From Gammaproteobacteria bacterium (lineage in GTDB: Bacteria; Pseudomonadota; Gammaproteobacteria; Steroidobacterales; Steroidobacteraceae): a DNA stretch of 64,000 bases. The position numbers and the translations under genes are program-made. The stretch is from assembly GCA_046080445.1 (NCBI GenBank), contig JBJTUA010000022.1, positions 13,170-77,169 of the forward strand, given 5' to 3'. The notes under the pieces are model-generated. The model was not told where the DNA came from. It ran no database searches and saw only the letters and a program-made list of their open reading frames with translations. Shown here piece by piece: positions 9,182 to 19,525 of this stretch (position 1 is the first letter of the stretch; each line of letters begins with the position of its first letter).

Positions 9182-10062
9182 GCCTTCCGGCGCTTGCGCA
9201 ACTGCTCTTCGATCGCCGAGCCGAGTTCGGCCGGAGATCGAACCGTGCGCACACCTGCCGCCTCGAGAGCACGGAATTTATCGGCGGCCGTGCCCTTGCC
9301 ACCCGCGATGACGGCGCCCGCATGACCCATGCGCTTGCCCGGCGGAGCAGTGACCCCGGCGATGTAGGCGACAACTGGCTTCGTGACGTGTTGACGGATG
9401 AACTCGGCACCCGCCTCTTCGTCGCTGCCACCGATTTCGCCGACCATCACGATGCCTTCGGTCTTCGGGTCACTTTGGAAGAGCGCGAGCACGTCAATGA
9501 AATTGAGACCCCGGACCGGATCGCCACCGATACCGACGCAGGTGCTCTGGCCGAGACCGTTGTTGGTGGTCTGGAAGACGGTTTCGTAAGTGAGCGTGCC
9601 GGAACGCGACACGATGCCCACGCAGCCCGGCTTGTGGATGAAGCCCGGCATGATGCCGATCTTGCACTCGCCCGGCGTGATGATGCCCGGGCAGTTCGGG
9701 CCGATGAGTCGCGACTTCGAGCCGGCGAGCGCGGTCTTCACGCGCACCATGTCGTTCACCGGGATGCCCTCGGTGATGCACACAATGAGCTCGATGCCCG
9801 CATCGGCTGCTTCGAGAATCGCATCGGCCGCATACGCCGCCGGGACGTAAATCATTGAAGCGTTGGCGCCCGTGGCGACGACGGCATCGTGCACGGTGTC
9901 GAACACCGGACAATCGAGGTGCTTTTCACCCCTGCGCCCTGGCGTGACGCCACCGACGACCTGCGTGCCGTAGGCGATGCATTGTTCGGAGTGGAAAGTG
10001 CCTTGCTTACCGGTGAAGCCCTGGCAGATCACTTTGGTGTTCTTGTCGACGAGAATGCTCAT
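9178..10062 (-). CDS. sucD: succinyl-CoA ligase alpha subunit
   Basis: 294 aa, [27 protein letters not shown]..., with the phosphohistidine loop GHAGA and SRSGTLTYE. Confidence 0.97.
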   Translation of the reverse strand: MSILVDKNTKVICQGFTGKQGTFHSEQCIAYGTQVVGGVTPGRRGEKHLDCPVFDTVHDAVVATGANASMIYVPAAYAADAILEAADAGIELIVCITEGIPVNDMVRVKTALAGSKSRLIGPNCPGIITPGECKIGIMPGFIHKPGCVGIVSRSGTLTYETVFQTTNNGLGQSTCVGIGGDPVRGLNFIDVLALFQSDPKTEGIVMVGEIGGSDEEAGAEFIRQHVTKPVVAYIAGVTAPPGKRMGHAGAVIAGGKGTAADKFRALEAAGVRTVRSPAELGSAIEEQLRKRRKA

Positions 10063-10110
10063 GAATCGAATCCTGTCAGCTTGTGGGGCGTGCGCGAATG
10101 GCGATGTGCG

Positions 10111-11271
10111 TTAGCGCGCGGCAGCGACGACTTTTTGCGCCGCATCGGTGAGGTCTTTGGCGGCGATGACCTTGAGCCCGCTCGAGGCCAACATCTCGCG
10201 CGCCTTCTCGGCGTTCGTGCCTTCGAGGCGCACGACCACCGGCACTTTGACACCCACGTTCTTGACGGCCGTGATAACGCCCTCGGCGATGAGGTCGCAG
10301 CGCACGATGCCGCCAAAGATATTGACGAGAATCGCCTTCACCTTCGGGTTCGAGAGAATGAGCTTGAAGGCGATGGTGACGCGTTCGGCAGTCGCGCCGC
10401 CACCCACGTCCAAGAAGTTCGCCGGCGATCCGCCATGCAACTTGATGAGATCCATGGTCGCCATGGCAAGGCCCGCACCGTTGACCATGCAAGCGATGTC
10501 GCCATCGAGCGAGACGTAGTTGAGGTCGTGCTGGCTCGCCTGCAACTCCATCGGGTCTTCTTGTGCGGTATCACGCATGGCCGCGAGCGCCTTCTGGCGA
10601 TACGTGGCATTGGGGTCGATGTTGATCTTGGCGTCGAGGGCGACAAGATCACCGGCTTTGGTGACGATCAGCGGGTTGACCTCGAGCAGACTTGCGTCCT
10701 TGTCGAGATAAAGCTGGTAGAGCGCCATCGCAATTTTTTGGAATTGCGCGATCTGCGCGTCTTTGAAGCCGAGCGCGAACGCCATACGGCGGCACTGATA
10801 CGGCTGCAGACCCGCTGCCGGATGAATGTTTACGGTGGTGATTTTTTCGGGCGAGTGCTCAGCGACTTCTTCGATGTCCATGCCGCCCGCCGCCGAACCC
10901 ACCATCGCGATGAAACCCTTCTCGCGATTGAGCGTCAGCGAGAGGTAGATTTCGCGATCGATAGCCGAACCGGTCTCGACGTAGACGCGATCAACCGGCA
11001 AACCCTCGGGTCCTGTTTGCTTGGTCGCCAAACGCGTACCGAGCATGGCTTTTGCGGCCTCGCGTACCGCGTTGGTGTCGCGCGCGAGCTTGACGCCGCC
11101 CGCCTTGCCGCGACCACCGGCGTGAACCTGCGCCTTCACGACCCAGACCTGACCGCCGAGCGCTTCCGCCGCAGCGACCGCCTCCTCGGGCGTGGCCGCT
11201 ACGCGGCCGGTCGGAACGGGTATTCCGTACGCCGAAAAGACTTCTTTCGCCTGATATTCGTGAAGATTCAT
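10111..11271 (-). CDS. sucC: succinyl-CoA ligase beta subunit
   Basis: 386 aa, [20 protein letters not shown]...[21 protein letters not shown]-grasp fold, located upstream of sucD. Confidence 0.97.
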   Translation of the reverse strand: MNLHEYQAKEVFSAYGIPVPTGRVAATPEEAVAAAEALGGQVWVVKAQVHAGGRGKAGGVKLARDTNAVREAAKAMLGTRLATKQTGPEGLPVDRVYVETGSAIDREIYLSLTLNREKGFIAMVGSAAGGMDIEEVAEHSPEKITTVNIHPAAGLQPYQCRRMAFALGFKDAQIAQFQKIAMALYQLYLDKDASLLEVNPLIVTKAGDLVALDAKINIDPNATYRQKALAAMRDTAQEDPMELQASQHDLNYVSLDGDIACMVNGAGLAMATMDLIKLHGGSPANFLDVGGGATAERVTIAFKLILSNPKVKAILVNIFGGIVRCDLIAEGVITAVKNVGVKVPVVVRLEGTNAEKAREMLASSGLKVIAAKDLTDAAQKVVAAAR

Positions 11272-11337
11272 CGAGACCCCCGACCTGCTGGACTAAACTC
11301 GTATTTTCGTCGAAACCCGAGGTTAAGGGAACCGTTA

Positions 11338-12189
11338 ATGTCGGATGTGCTCTCCTCGATGTTGCAAAGCCTCCATGCGTTGGCTGCGCCGGAGGTGTTT
11401 CCGGTGGTCGCGGCCCTGCTCGGCCTCATCGTGGGCAGCTTCCTCAACACCGTCATTCACCGCCTGCCCCGCATGCTCGAACGCGAATGGCGCGAGCAGT
11501 GCGCCGACCTCGAGGGTCGGCCGATCTCCTCGTCTCGCTACGATCTCATCGCCCCGCGATCGCACTGTCCGGCGTGTGAAACGCGTATTCGCGCGTGGCA
11601 TCTCGTTCCGGTGCTCGGGTGGGCGGTGCTGCGCGGACGCTGCGCGGCCTGCGGCGCGGCGATCTCGTGGCGCTATCCACTCATCGAGATCGGGACTTCG
11701 ATCGCCTTCGCGCTCGTGGCGCTCAAGTTTGGCGCAAGCATCGAGGTCTGGTCTGCGCTGCTCGTGACGGCATTTCTCATTCCGCTCGCCGTCATCGACT
11801 ACGACACGCACTACCTGCCCGACCAACTCACGCTGCCATTACTGTGGATCGGACTCGCCGCGAGCCTCGCCGGTGACGTACGCACGGCCGTGATCGGTGC
11901 CATCGTCGGTTACCTGTCGCTGTGGTTCTTCTATCATCTGTTCAAAATAATCACCGGCAAGGAAGGCATGGGCTACGGTGATTTCAAACTCTTTGCCGCG
12001 CTCGGCGCGTGGCTCGGGCCCACAGCGCTGATACCGGTCATTCTCATCGCCTCCGTCGCCGGCGCCGTTGTGGGTCTAGCGCTCGTCTTTTTCTTTGGTC
12101 GATCTCGCGAGCAGCCGCTGGCTTTCGGTCCGTTTCTCGCCGTCGCCGGTTGGCTCGTGATGTTACTCAAAGATTCGGTGGGGTACTGA
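11338..12189 (+). CDS. pilD: prepilin leader peptidase / N-methyltransferase (A24 family)
   Basis: C-terminal 283 aa of the 766-aa track ORF, with ATG at 11338. It has GSFLNTVIHRLP, the Cys pairs CPACETRI / CAACGAAI, and the GYGDFKL active-site block. It is followed by coaE as in Pseudomonas. Confidence 0.92.
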   Translation: MSDVLSSMLQSLHALAAPEVFPVVAALLGLIVGSFLNTVIHRLPRMLEREWREQCADLEGRPISSSRYDLIAPRSHCPACETRIRAWHLVPVLGWAVLRGRCAACGAAISWRYPLIEIGTSIAFALVALKFGASIEVWSALLVTAFLIPLAVIDYDTHYLPDQLTLPLLWIGLAASLAGDVRTAVIGAIVGYLSLWFFYHLFKIITGKEGMGYGDFKLFAALGAWLGPTALIPVILIASVAGAVVGLALVFFFGRSREQPLAFGPFLAVAGWLVMLLKDSVGY

Positions 12190-12192
12190 GCG

Positions 12193-12822
12193 ATGTTTCG
12201 TGTGGGACTCACCGGAGGCATCGCCAGCGGCAAGTCGCGAGTCGCCGAATACTTTGCTGCGCTCGGCGTGCCGGTGATCGACAGTGACGTGATCGGACGC
12301 GAAGTGGTCGCGCCGGGCAGCGAGGGTCTTGCCGCCATCGTTGCGCGCTTTGGTCCCGGGGTGCTCGATGCCGAAGGTCAACTCGACCGACGCGCCTTGC
12401 GGTCGATCGTGTTCGCCGATCCTTTGGCGCGAAGCGACCTCGAGGCCATCACCCACCCAAAAATTCGGGCGCGGATGCAGACCCTCAATCAGGAATCCCA
12501 GGGGCCTTACGTCATCAATGCGATTCCGTTGCTCGCCGAAACCGGAGGGCGTCGGGACCTCGATCGCGTGCTCGTCGTGGATTGCCCCGAATCCGTGCAA
12601 GTCGCGCGGGTCATGGCACGGGATCAGGTGGATGAAGCGGCCGCCCGCGCGGTACTTGCCGCCCAATCGAGTCGGACCGCGCGCCTTGCGATCGCCGATG
12701 ACATTATCGTGAACGATGGAGATCTCTCGGCCCTAGAAAGCGCCGTCCGCTCGCTGCACCAGCGTTATCTCACACTGGCTTCACCCACTCGCGCACCCTC
12801 CACAACGGAAAGATCTGGGTAG
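12193..12822 (+). CDS. coaE: dephospho-CoA kinase
   Basis: 209 aa with the P-loop GLTGGIASGKS at the N-terminus. Conserved position after pilD. Confidence 0.93.
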   Translation: MFRVGLTGGIASGKSRVAEYFAALGVPVIDSDVIGREVVAPGSEGLAAIVARFGPGVLDAEGQLDRRALRSIVFADPLARSDLEAITHPKIRARMQTLNQESQGPYVINAIPLLAETGGRRDLDRVLVVDCPESVQVARVMARDQVDEAAARAVLAAQSSRTARLAIADDIIVNDGDLSALESAVRSLHQRYLTLASPTRAPSTTERSG

Positions 12823-12833
12823 CGATCGGGGGC

Positions 12834-13667
12834 GTGCTGTTACAGAATAGCCGGATGACCGAGGTGGCCGCAGAGGGGGCAGCCGCGACGCCGGCCGGCA
12901 ACGGGGAGCCCTTGGTGTTCGAGCAACCGCTCAACGAGCGGATGCGCGCCTATTTGCGTCTCGATTTCCTTTATTCGCAGGGCCTCTTCCACGCGCACTC
13001 GAGTTCGCAGTGGACGAGTCGAGCCGCCATCACCAGCCTGCTCGACATCATCGCCATCATCACGCGCAGCGACATTCGCGCTGACGTTCTCAAAGAACTC
13101 GAACGACAGATGGCGGTGTACACGGAGTTTCAACGTCGCCCCAACATCGACGTCGATCGACTGCAAGCCCTCGTCTCCAACCTTTCGCGTTTGCGCACCG
13201 AACTGTTGACCGCGGACTCCTCGCGCTTGCAGCCTTTGCGCGACTCGCCGTTCCTCGCCGCGATCCGTCATCGCAGCGCCATTCCAGGCGGCACCTGCGA
13301 CTTTGATCTGCCGGACTTGTCGTACTGGCTCGCGCAACCGAACGCCACGCGCGAACAGGCACTCAGTGATTGGCTTGCGCTACTGCGCCCGCTTTGCGAC
13401 TCGATTGCCGAGTTGTTGTGGCTGACCCGTCAGAGCGGTCGAGTGCGTAGCGAGGTCGCCGCGAACGGTGTGTTCCACATCGCATTCGATCGCGGCCAAC
13501 CCGTGCAACTGCTGCGTGTATCGGTGCCTGCCGAACTCGGTGTTTTCCCTGAAATCAGCGGCAGTCACTATCGTGCGAGCGTTCGCTTCGTCAGCTGGCA
13601 AGGCCTCAACGAGCGCGCCCGCCAAGTCGAAACCGACGTGCCTTTCGATCTCATCTGCTGCCACTAA
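12834..13667 (+). CDS. zapD: cell-division protein ZapD
   Basis: FEQPLNERMRAYLRLDFL near the N-terminus and a ...FDLICC-type C-terminus match ZapD (YacF). The start is uncertain; ATG at 12852 (MTEV...) is also possible. Confidence 0.88.
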   Translation: MLLQNSRMTEVAAEGAAATPAGNGEPLVFEQPLNERMRAYLRLDFLYSQGLFHAHSSSQWTSRAAITSLLDIIAIITRSDIRADVLKELERQMAVYTEFQRRPNIDVDRLQALVSNLSRLRTELLTADSSRLQPLRDSPFLAAIRHRSAIPGGTCDFDLPDLSYWLAQPNATREQALSDWLALLRPLCDSIAELLWLTRQSGRVRSEVAANGVFHIAFDRGQPVQLLRVSVPAELGVFPEISGSHYRASVRFVSWQGLNERARQVETDVPFDLICCH

Positions 13668-14291
13668 ATGAAGCTCTACGACAACGGATTCGCGCCGAGT
13701 CCGCGACGTGTCCGCATGTTCATTGCCGAAAAAGGCCTTGAGGCGCGTGGTATCACCCTCACTCGGATACCCGTCGACATTGCCACCAATGAAACCGGTG
13801 GTGCTGCTTTTCGTGAGGTGAATCCGCTCGGCGAAGTCCCGGTGCTCGAACTCGACGACGGCACCCGCCTGCGCGAGTCGCTCGCCATCTGCCGATATCT
13901 TGAGACGCTCTATCCCGAACCTGCGCTGTTCGGCACGACGCCTCTTGAACGCGCGCGCATCGAAGCGATGACGCTAGAGCTCATGTTCCGAATTTACATG
14001 CCGACGACGCACGCTTTTCGTCATGGCCACAAGTTTTGGCAGGGTCGCGTGACCCAAATTGCCGAGTACGGTGCGCTCGCGCGTGAGCAAGTACTCGCTG
14101 AATGGCGACGCTTCGATGCGCTGCTGTCGAATCAGGCGTTCGTCGCGGGCGATACGTTCAGCTTTGCCGATATCGTCGCGTTCACGACCTTGGAGTTCGG
14201 CAAGCCCTCGGGCATTCGGGTGCAGCCGGATCAGCTTGGCCTCGGGCGCTGGCACGCGGCCATCGCCGCGCGACCGAGCGCCAAGGCCTGA
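13668..14291 (+). CDS. glutathione S-transferase family protein
   Basis: 207 aa. The N-terminal thioredoxin-like GST fold reads MKLYDNGFAPSPRRVRMFIAEKGL...EVPVLELDDGTRLRESLAICRYLE, followed by a helical C-domain. Confidence 0.85.
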   Translation: MKLYDNGFAPSPRRVRMFIAEKGLEARGITLTRIPVDIATNETGGAAFREVNPLGEVPVLELDDGTRLRESLAICRYLETLYPEPALFGTTPLERARIEAMTLELMFRIYMPTTHAFRHGHKFWQGRVTQIAEYGALAREQVLAEWRRFDALLSNQAFVAGDTFSFADIVAFTTLEFGKPSGIRVQPDQLGLGRWHAAIAARPSAKA

Positions 14292-14297
14292 CCCCCC

Positions 14298-16451
14298 TCA
14301 GGGCGTCTTCATGCCGAGCATTTCAGCAACGAACGCCCATTGATCTGCGAAATCTTCGATCTGCATCCAAGTGGGTTTGCCTGCACCGTGACCAGCGCGC
14401 GTCTCGACCCGCAGCAGGATGGGTGACGCGCAGCCCTGTCCGTGCTGCAGCGCCGCAGCAAACTTGTAGCTATGCCACGGCACCACGCGATCGTCACGAT
14501 CGGCCGTCGTGATGAGCGTGGGTGGATAGCAGGTGCCGGGCTTCACGTTATGCACGGGCGAGTACGCGAGCAACGCCTTGAATTCTTTGGGGTCTTCCGA
14601 GAGACCATAGTCCGACGACCACTGGCGCGCATTCGCGCTCGCCGTGTGATAGCGAAGCATGTCGAGTACGCCTACGCCGGGCAGCGCGGCTGCGAAGAGA
14701 TCGGGTCGCTGCAGCAAGGTTGCGCCGACGAGCAAACCGCCGTTACTGCGCCCCGAGATGGCGAGCCGACGCGGATTAGTGTAGCCCTCGCGAACGAGAT
14801 ATTCGGCGGCTGCAATGAAATCATCGAACACGTTTTGCTTGCGCGTCTTGGTACCCGCCTCGTGCCAGGGCTCGCCGTACTCGCCGCCGCCGCGCAAATT
14901 AGCCTCGACGTAAATACCGCCCATTTCGAGCCAGGTGATGACGGTGGGACGGAAGGTCGGGGTCACCGACACATTGAAACCGCCGTAACCGTAGAGCAGC
15001 GTCGGCGTCTGACCGTTCTTCACGAGATCACGTTGATGCGTGATGAACATGGGCACACGCGTGCCGTCTTTACTAGTGTAGAACACCTGCCGCGTCACAT
15101 AGCGCGAGGTGTCGGCACCGAAAGCCGGCGTACGCCAGACGCTCGTCGTCAGATTGCCGAGATCGAGGCGTAGCACCTGCCCGGGGCGCAGGTAATCGGA
15201 GTAGGCAAAGAAAGTCTCCGTGTCGGTGGCGTTGCCGCCAAAACCCGCAAGGGTGCCGAGTCCCGGTACGGGCACGTCGCCGAGCGCGCGCCCATCACGA
15301 TCGAATACGCGCGCCACGCCGTGCGCATCGCGTACGTAGCGCACGATGATCCGACCCCCGACGAAACTGGCTTCATCGAGAGCGAGCGTATCTTGCGGCA
15401 CGAGCTCTCGCCACTTTTGCGGCGAGGGATCGCGCGCGTCGACGGCGATGATTCGGCTCTGCGGCGCGTTTTGGGTGGTGACGACGTAGAGCGTGTCGCC
15501 CTCGCTGCCGATGACCGAATAGCGCGCATCCCACGCTCCGAAGAGCGTACGTGGCGGGGCCTTCGGATTGCGCAGGTCGATGAGATCGATGCCGTTCGAG
15601 CGATAACCATCGAACATCGACACGAAGAGCCAGCGACCATCGTCCGAGACGCTGGCGGTCGGGACGCGACGGGGATGATTTTGTACGCGGTAGATTTCGG
15701 TGTCGCGATCCTGAGCCTCGCCGAGACGATGGAAGTAAACCACCGGCTGGCCTTGATCGTCGCCACGCGAGGCGTCATCCGCGCGGCGCGGATAACGGCT
15801 GTAATAAACGCCGGAACCATCGGGCGCCCAGGAGAGCTCCCAGAACTTGGTGAAGCGCAGCTCGTCCGGAAGATCGACGCCGTCGGAGGTTCTGCGGAAT
15901 TTCCAGATCTCCCAGTCGGTGCCCCCGTCCGAGAGGGAATACGCGATGAGACTGCCATCCGGCGACGGCTCGTAGCGAGCCAGTGCAACCGTCGCGTCGC
16001 GGCTGGCGACGTTAGGATCGAAAAGCACGCGCGGCGTCGCCTGCAGCGAGTCGGCGACGTAGAGCACGCTCTGGTTCTGACGGCCGTCGTTGCGAACAAA
16101 GAAATACTTACCGCCCTTTTTGCGCGGCACACCGACCCGCTCGAAGTTCCAGAGGTCGGTCAGACGCGTTTGGATCCAGTTGCGCCGCGGCAAGGCCTCG
16201 AGCCAGGGCTTGGTGAGTGCATTTTGCGCGGCGACGAACTCACGGGTGGCGGGCAGCTCGGGCTGCTCGAGCCAGCGGTAGGGATCGGCCACCGACTTGC
16301 CGTGATAGATGTCGACGACGGAACCCCGCGTGACCGTCGGGTAGGACAACGAAGCAGAAGCGGCTTTGTTTTCGGTCATGGCAACCTGGGCAACGATCGT
16401 GGCAAGCAGAGCGGTGGCGAGCGCGAGGCGTCGCGAGTGGCGATGGGACAT
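14298..16451 (-). CDS. prolyl oligopeptidase (S9A), secreted/periplasmic
   Basis: From ATG 16451 the sequence is MSHRHSRRLALATALLATIVAQVA (signal peptide). It has an N-terminal propeller and a C-terminal catalytic domain with GRSNGGLL (GxSxGG) and DDRV...H. Confidence 0.9.
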   Translation of the reverse strand: MSHRHSRRLALATALLATIVAQVAMTENKAASASLSYPTVTRGSVVDIYHGKSVADPYRWLEQPELPATREFVAAQNALTKPWLEALPRRNWIQTRLTDLWNFERVGVPRKKGGKYFFVRNDGRQNQSVLYVADSLQATPRVLFDPNVASRDATVALARYEPSPDGSLIAYSLSDGGTDWEIWKFRRTSDGVDLPDELRFTKFWELSWAPDGSGVYYSRYPRRADDASRGDDQGQPVVYFHRLGEAQDRDTEIYRVQNHPRRVPTASVSDDGRWLFVSMFDGYRSNGIDLIDLRNPKAPPRTLFGAWDARYSVIGSEGDTLYVVTTQNAPQSRIIAVDARDPSPQKWRELVPQDTLALDEASFVGGRIIVRYVRDAHGVARVFDRDGRALGDVPVPGLGTLAGFGGNATDTETFFAYSDYLRPGQVLRLDLGNLTTSVWRTPAFGADTSRYVTRQVFYTSKDGTRVPMFITHQRDLVKNGQTPTLLYGYGGFNVSVTPTFRPTVITWLEMGGIYVEANLRGGGEYGEPWHEAGTKTRKQNVFDDFIAAAEYLVREGYTNPRRLAISGRSNGGLLVGATLLQRPDLFAAALPGVGVLDMLRYHTASANARQWSSDYGLSEDPKEFKALLAYSPVHNVKPGTCYPPTLITTADRDDRVVPWHSYKFAAALQHGQGCASPILLRVETRAGHGAGKPTWMQIEDFADQWAFVAEMLGMKTP

Positions 16452-16506
16452 ATTCCTCTCTACACTGGGTTTCATCTGGATGACGCATGTTACTGGACAC
16501 CGAAGC

Positions 16507-18858
16507 ATGATGTGCAGCACCTTCAAATCGCTCTCCCTTGGAGTTCGCTCCCTCGGGGCGCTCGCCCTCCTCGCCCTATCACTACCCGCCTCGGCCGCCA
16601 CGCCGCAGCGACTGACCATCGACCGCCTGTTCGCTGCGCCCGACCTCTCCGGTCCCTCGCTGCGCGGCGCGCGATTCTCGCCCGACGGCAAGCTTGTCAC
16701 GTATTTGCAAGGCAAGCCTGACGCCAAAGATCGCCTCGACGTCTGGGCCTACGACACCACCACGGGTCGCACCCGGCTGCTTGTCGATTCGGCAGCGCTC
16801 GTGGCCGACGAAGGTAAGCTCTCGCCAGAAGAAGAAGCTCGACGCGAACGCGCGCGGACGTCCTCCCTCGCCGGAATCGTCGATTACGAGTTCTCGCCGA
16901 ATTCGCGATATCTGCTCATTCCCTTGGCGGGCGACCTCTACCTCTACGATCTGCGCGCGGCCTCCACCACTGAAGCGGTACGCCGACTCACCTCCACACC
17001 CGGCGCCGAGACCGACGCCCGATTTTCGCCGCGTGGTCGCTACGTGAGCTATGTGCGCGATCAAAATTTGTTCGTGCTCGAGCTCGCGAGTGGACGTGAA
17101 CGGGCAATCACGCGCCAAGGCAGCGGCCTTGTTTCCTACGGCGTCGCCGAATTCATTGCCCAAGAAGAAATGGATCGCAGCACGGGCTATTGGTGGTCGC
17201 CGGATGAGCGCCGCATCGCCTATACCCGTGTCGATGAGTCGCCCGTCGACGAACTCGAGCGCTTCGAAATCTACGCTGACTCGGTGAAGGTCATTCGCCA
17301 GCGCTACCCCGCCGCCGGTCGCCCGAATGCGCGTGTCGACGTGTTCGTTCACGATCTCGCGCAGTCGACCGATCGCGAATTGACGGCCGCTTCGGCGGGC
17401 GAGGGTTATCTCGCGCGCATTAATTGGTTCCCGGACTCCTCGGCGCTCGCCGTGCAGCGTCAACCGCGCAATCAGAAATTGCTGCAGCTCTGGCGAGTCG
17501 ATGCGAGCTCCGGCGCCGCACGCTTGCTCATCGAAGAGCGCAGTGACACCTGGGTCGACCTGCACGACGAACTCACCTTTCTGAAGCAGCGCCCAGCCTT
17601 CATCTGGTCGTCGGCGCGCAGCGGTTACGATCATCTTTATTTGTTCGATAACGACGGGCGATTACTGCGACCGATTACGGCAGGGCCGTGGATGGTGGCC
17701 GGCAGTGGTCGCGAGCGCGCCCTCGAGACGGTCGATGAAGCGCGCGGTCTCGTCTACTTCACAGCCAATCGCGATACGCCGCTCGAGCGTCATCTCTACG
17801 TCGCGCCGCTCGACGGGCCGTCGGATGCGGCAGGTATCGAACGCGGCATCAAGCGCCTGAGCAAAGAATCGGGCTGGCATGGCAACAGCCTGTCCACCGA
17901 TGGCAAGTATTGGCTCGATACGTTCTCGACACCCGACTCTCCGCCCGCGCTGAGCCTACGCCGAACCGATGGCAGCTTGATCGACGTGCTCGTGGCGAAC
18001 CGACTCGACGACTCGCATCCCTACGCGCCGTATCTTCCGCTGCATCGACCGACCGAGTTCGGTACGCTCACGGCAAGCGATGGACAGACGCTGCATTACC
18101 AACTCACGAAACCCGTCGGCATGCAGGCGGGTCGACGCTACCCCGTCATCGTCGAGGTGTACGGCGGTCCCGGCGTACAAAACGTGCGTCGCGCCTGGGG
18201 TGGTTTATTCCGGCAATACCTCGCGCAACAAGGCTACGTGGTGTTCACCGTCGACAACCGCGGCTCCGCGTTCCGCGGTCGCGCGTTCGAGGGTGCGCTC
18301 TATCGGCGCATGAGCGCGGTTGAAGTGGAGGATCAGGTGCGAGGTGTCGAGTTTCTTCGCACTCTGCCCTTCGTGGACGGCACGCGCATCGGTGTCTTTG
18401 GTTGGAGCTACGGCGGCTACATGGCGCTGATGAGCATGGTGAAAGCGCCGGGGTATTTCGCGGCGGGTGTCTCGGGTGCGCCGGTCACCGACTGGCGGCT
18501 TTACGACACGCACTACACCGAACGCTACATGGGGACGCCCGAAGACAACCCAGAGGGCTATCGCGACGGTAGCGTCATGACTCATGCGGGCAAGCTCGCC
18601 GGACCGCTGCTCATCATGCACGGCTTGGCCGATGACAATGTGCTCTTTACGCACAGTACGGCGCTCTTCAAGCGGCTGCAAGATTTACGCAAACCCTTCG
18701 AGGTCATGCCCTACCCCGGCAGCAAGCATGCGCTGCTCCGCTTCAGCTCGACGGGTCCGCACGGCTACGACACCGTCGTGCAATTCTTTGCCCGCACCCT
18801 GCGCCCCGATCGACCGAAGATCGAAGGGGCCGCGGGCGAGCCGATCGCCGCCGAATGA
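16507..18858 (+). CDS. dipeptidyl-peptidase IV family serine peptidase (S9B), secreted/periplasmic
   Basis: From ATG 16507 the sequence is MMCSTFKSLSLGVRSLGALALLALSLPASA (signal peptide). It has a DPP-IV-type propeller, the nucleophile motif GWSYGGYM, and DDNV...H. Confidence 0.9.
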   Translation: MMCSTFKSLSLGVRSLGALALLALSLPASAATPQRLTIDRLFAAPDLSGPSLRGARFSPDGKLVTYLQGKPDAKDRLDVWAYDTTTGRTRLLVDSAALVADEGKLSPEEEARRERARTSSLAGIVDYEFSPNSRYLLIPLAGDLYLYDLRAASTTEAVRRLTSTPGAETDARFSPRGRYVSYVRDQNLFVLELASGRERAITRQGSGLVSYGVAEFIAQEEMDRSTGYWWSPDERRIAYTRVDESPVDELERFEIYADSVKVIRQRYPAAGRPNARVDVFVHDLAQSTDRELTAASAGEGYLARINWFPDSSALAVQRQPRNQKLLQLWRVDASSGAARLLIEERSDTWVDLHDELTFLKQRPAFIWSSARSGYDHLYLFDNDGRLLRPITAGPWMVAGSGRERALETVDEARGLVYFTANRDTPLERHLYVAPLDGPSDAAGIERGIKRLSKESGWHGNSLSTDGKYWLDTFSTPDSPPALSLRRTDGSLIDVLVANRLDDSHPYAPYLPLHRPTEFGTLTASDGQTLHYQLTKPVGMQAGRRYPVIVEVYGGPGVQNVRRAWGGLFRQYLAQQGYVVFTVDNRGSAFRGRAFEGALYRRMSAVEVEDQVRGVEFLRTLPFVDGTRIGVFGWSYGGYMALMSMVKAPGYFAAGVSGAPVTDWRLYDTHYTERYMGTPEDNPEGYRDGSVMTHAGKLAGPLLIMHGLADDNVLFTHSTALFKRLQDLRKPFEVMPYPGSKHALLRFSSTGPHGYDTVVQFFARTLRPDRPKIEGAAGEPIAAE

Positions 18859-18886
18859 ATTTTGACGATAGCGAGCACAACATCTC

Positions 18887-19525
18887 ATGCGCAGTCTGAA
18901 ACCGCTTTTCGATCGCAATCGCGAGTGGTCTGCGGACATCACGGCACGCGACCCGGAGTTCTTCGAAAAACTGGTGGGTCAGCAATCGCCCAACTATCTC
19001 TGGATCGGCTGTGCAGACAGTCGTGTGCCCGCCAATGAAATCGTCGGCTTGCTACCGGGCGAGCTGTTCGTGCATCGCAACGTCGCCAATGTCGTGGTGC
19101 ACACAGACCTCAATTGCCTCTCAGTGCTGCAGTACGCCGTCGACGTACTCGACGTGGAGCACGTCATCGTCTGCGGGCACTATGGCTGCGGTGGCGTACA
19201 CGCCGCCATGCGCAACGATCGACTCGGACTCATCGACAACTGGTTGCGACATGTGCAGGACGTCATGAGGAAGCACCATGAGCGCCTCGACGAACTGCCC
19301 GACGAAGCCGCCCGCCTGCGCCGACTCTGCGAGCTCAACGTCATCGAGCAGGTGCTGAACGTCGGACAGACCACGATCGTGCAAGGCGCCTGGGATCGCG
19401 GCAAGGCGCTTGAGATCCATGGCTGGATCTACGACCTGCACGATGGACTGCTCAAAGATCTCTCGGTCTGCGTCAAATCGCAGACCGAGTTCGCCGAAAT
19501 CTATCGGCAGGTCGCCGAGCTTTAG
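18887..19525 (+). CDS. can: beta-class carbonic anhydrase
   Basis: 212 aa. LWIGCADSRVPANEIV, FVHRNVANVV and VCGHYGCGGV are near-identical to blocks of E. coli Can. Confidence 0.95.
   Translation: MRSLKPLFDRNREWSADITARDPEFFEKLVGQQSPNYLWIGCADSRVPANEIVGLLPGELFVHRNVANVVVHTDLNCLSVLQYAVDVLDVEHVIVCGHYGCGGVHAAMRNDRLGLIDNWLRHVQDVMRKHHERLDELPDEAARLRRLCELNVIEQVLNVGQTTIVQGAWDRGKALEIHGWIYDLHDGLLKDLSVCVKSQTEFAEIYRQVAEL

Noticed and set aside
9889-12189. A 766-aa plus-strand ORF that looks like a giant novel protein
   Set aside because: Only the last 283 codons (from ATG 11338) are pilD. The first 480 or so codons are antisense to sucD/sucC, are Arg/Asp/His/Gly-rich with no motifs, and stay open only because antisense frames in GC-rich DNA lack stop codons.
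13668-14291. The GST gene as a displaced sspA
   Set aside because: The sequence is a generic GST (Ser-type N-terminal motif, typical C-domain). It lacks the SspA-like blocks I remember and is not linked to sspB.
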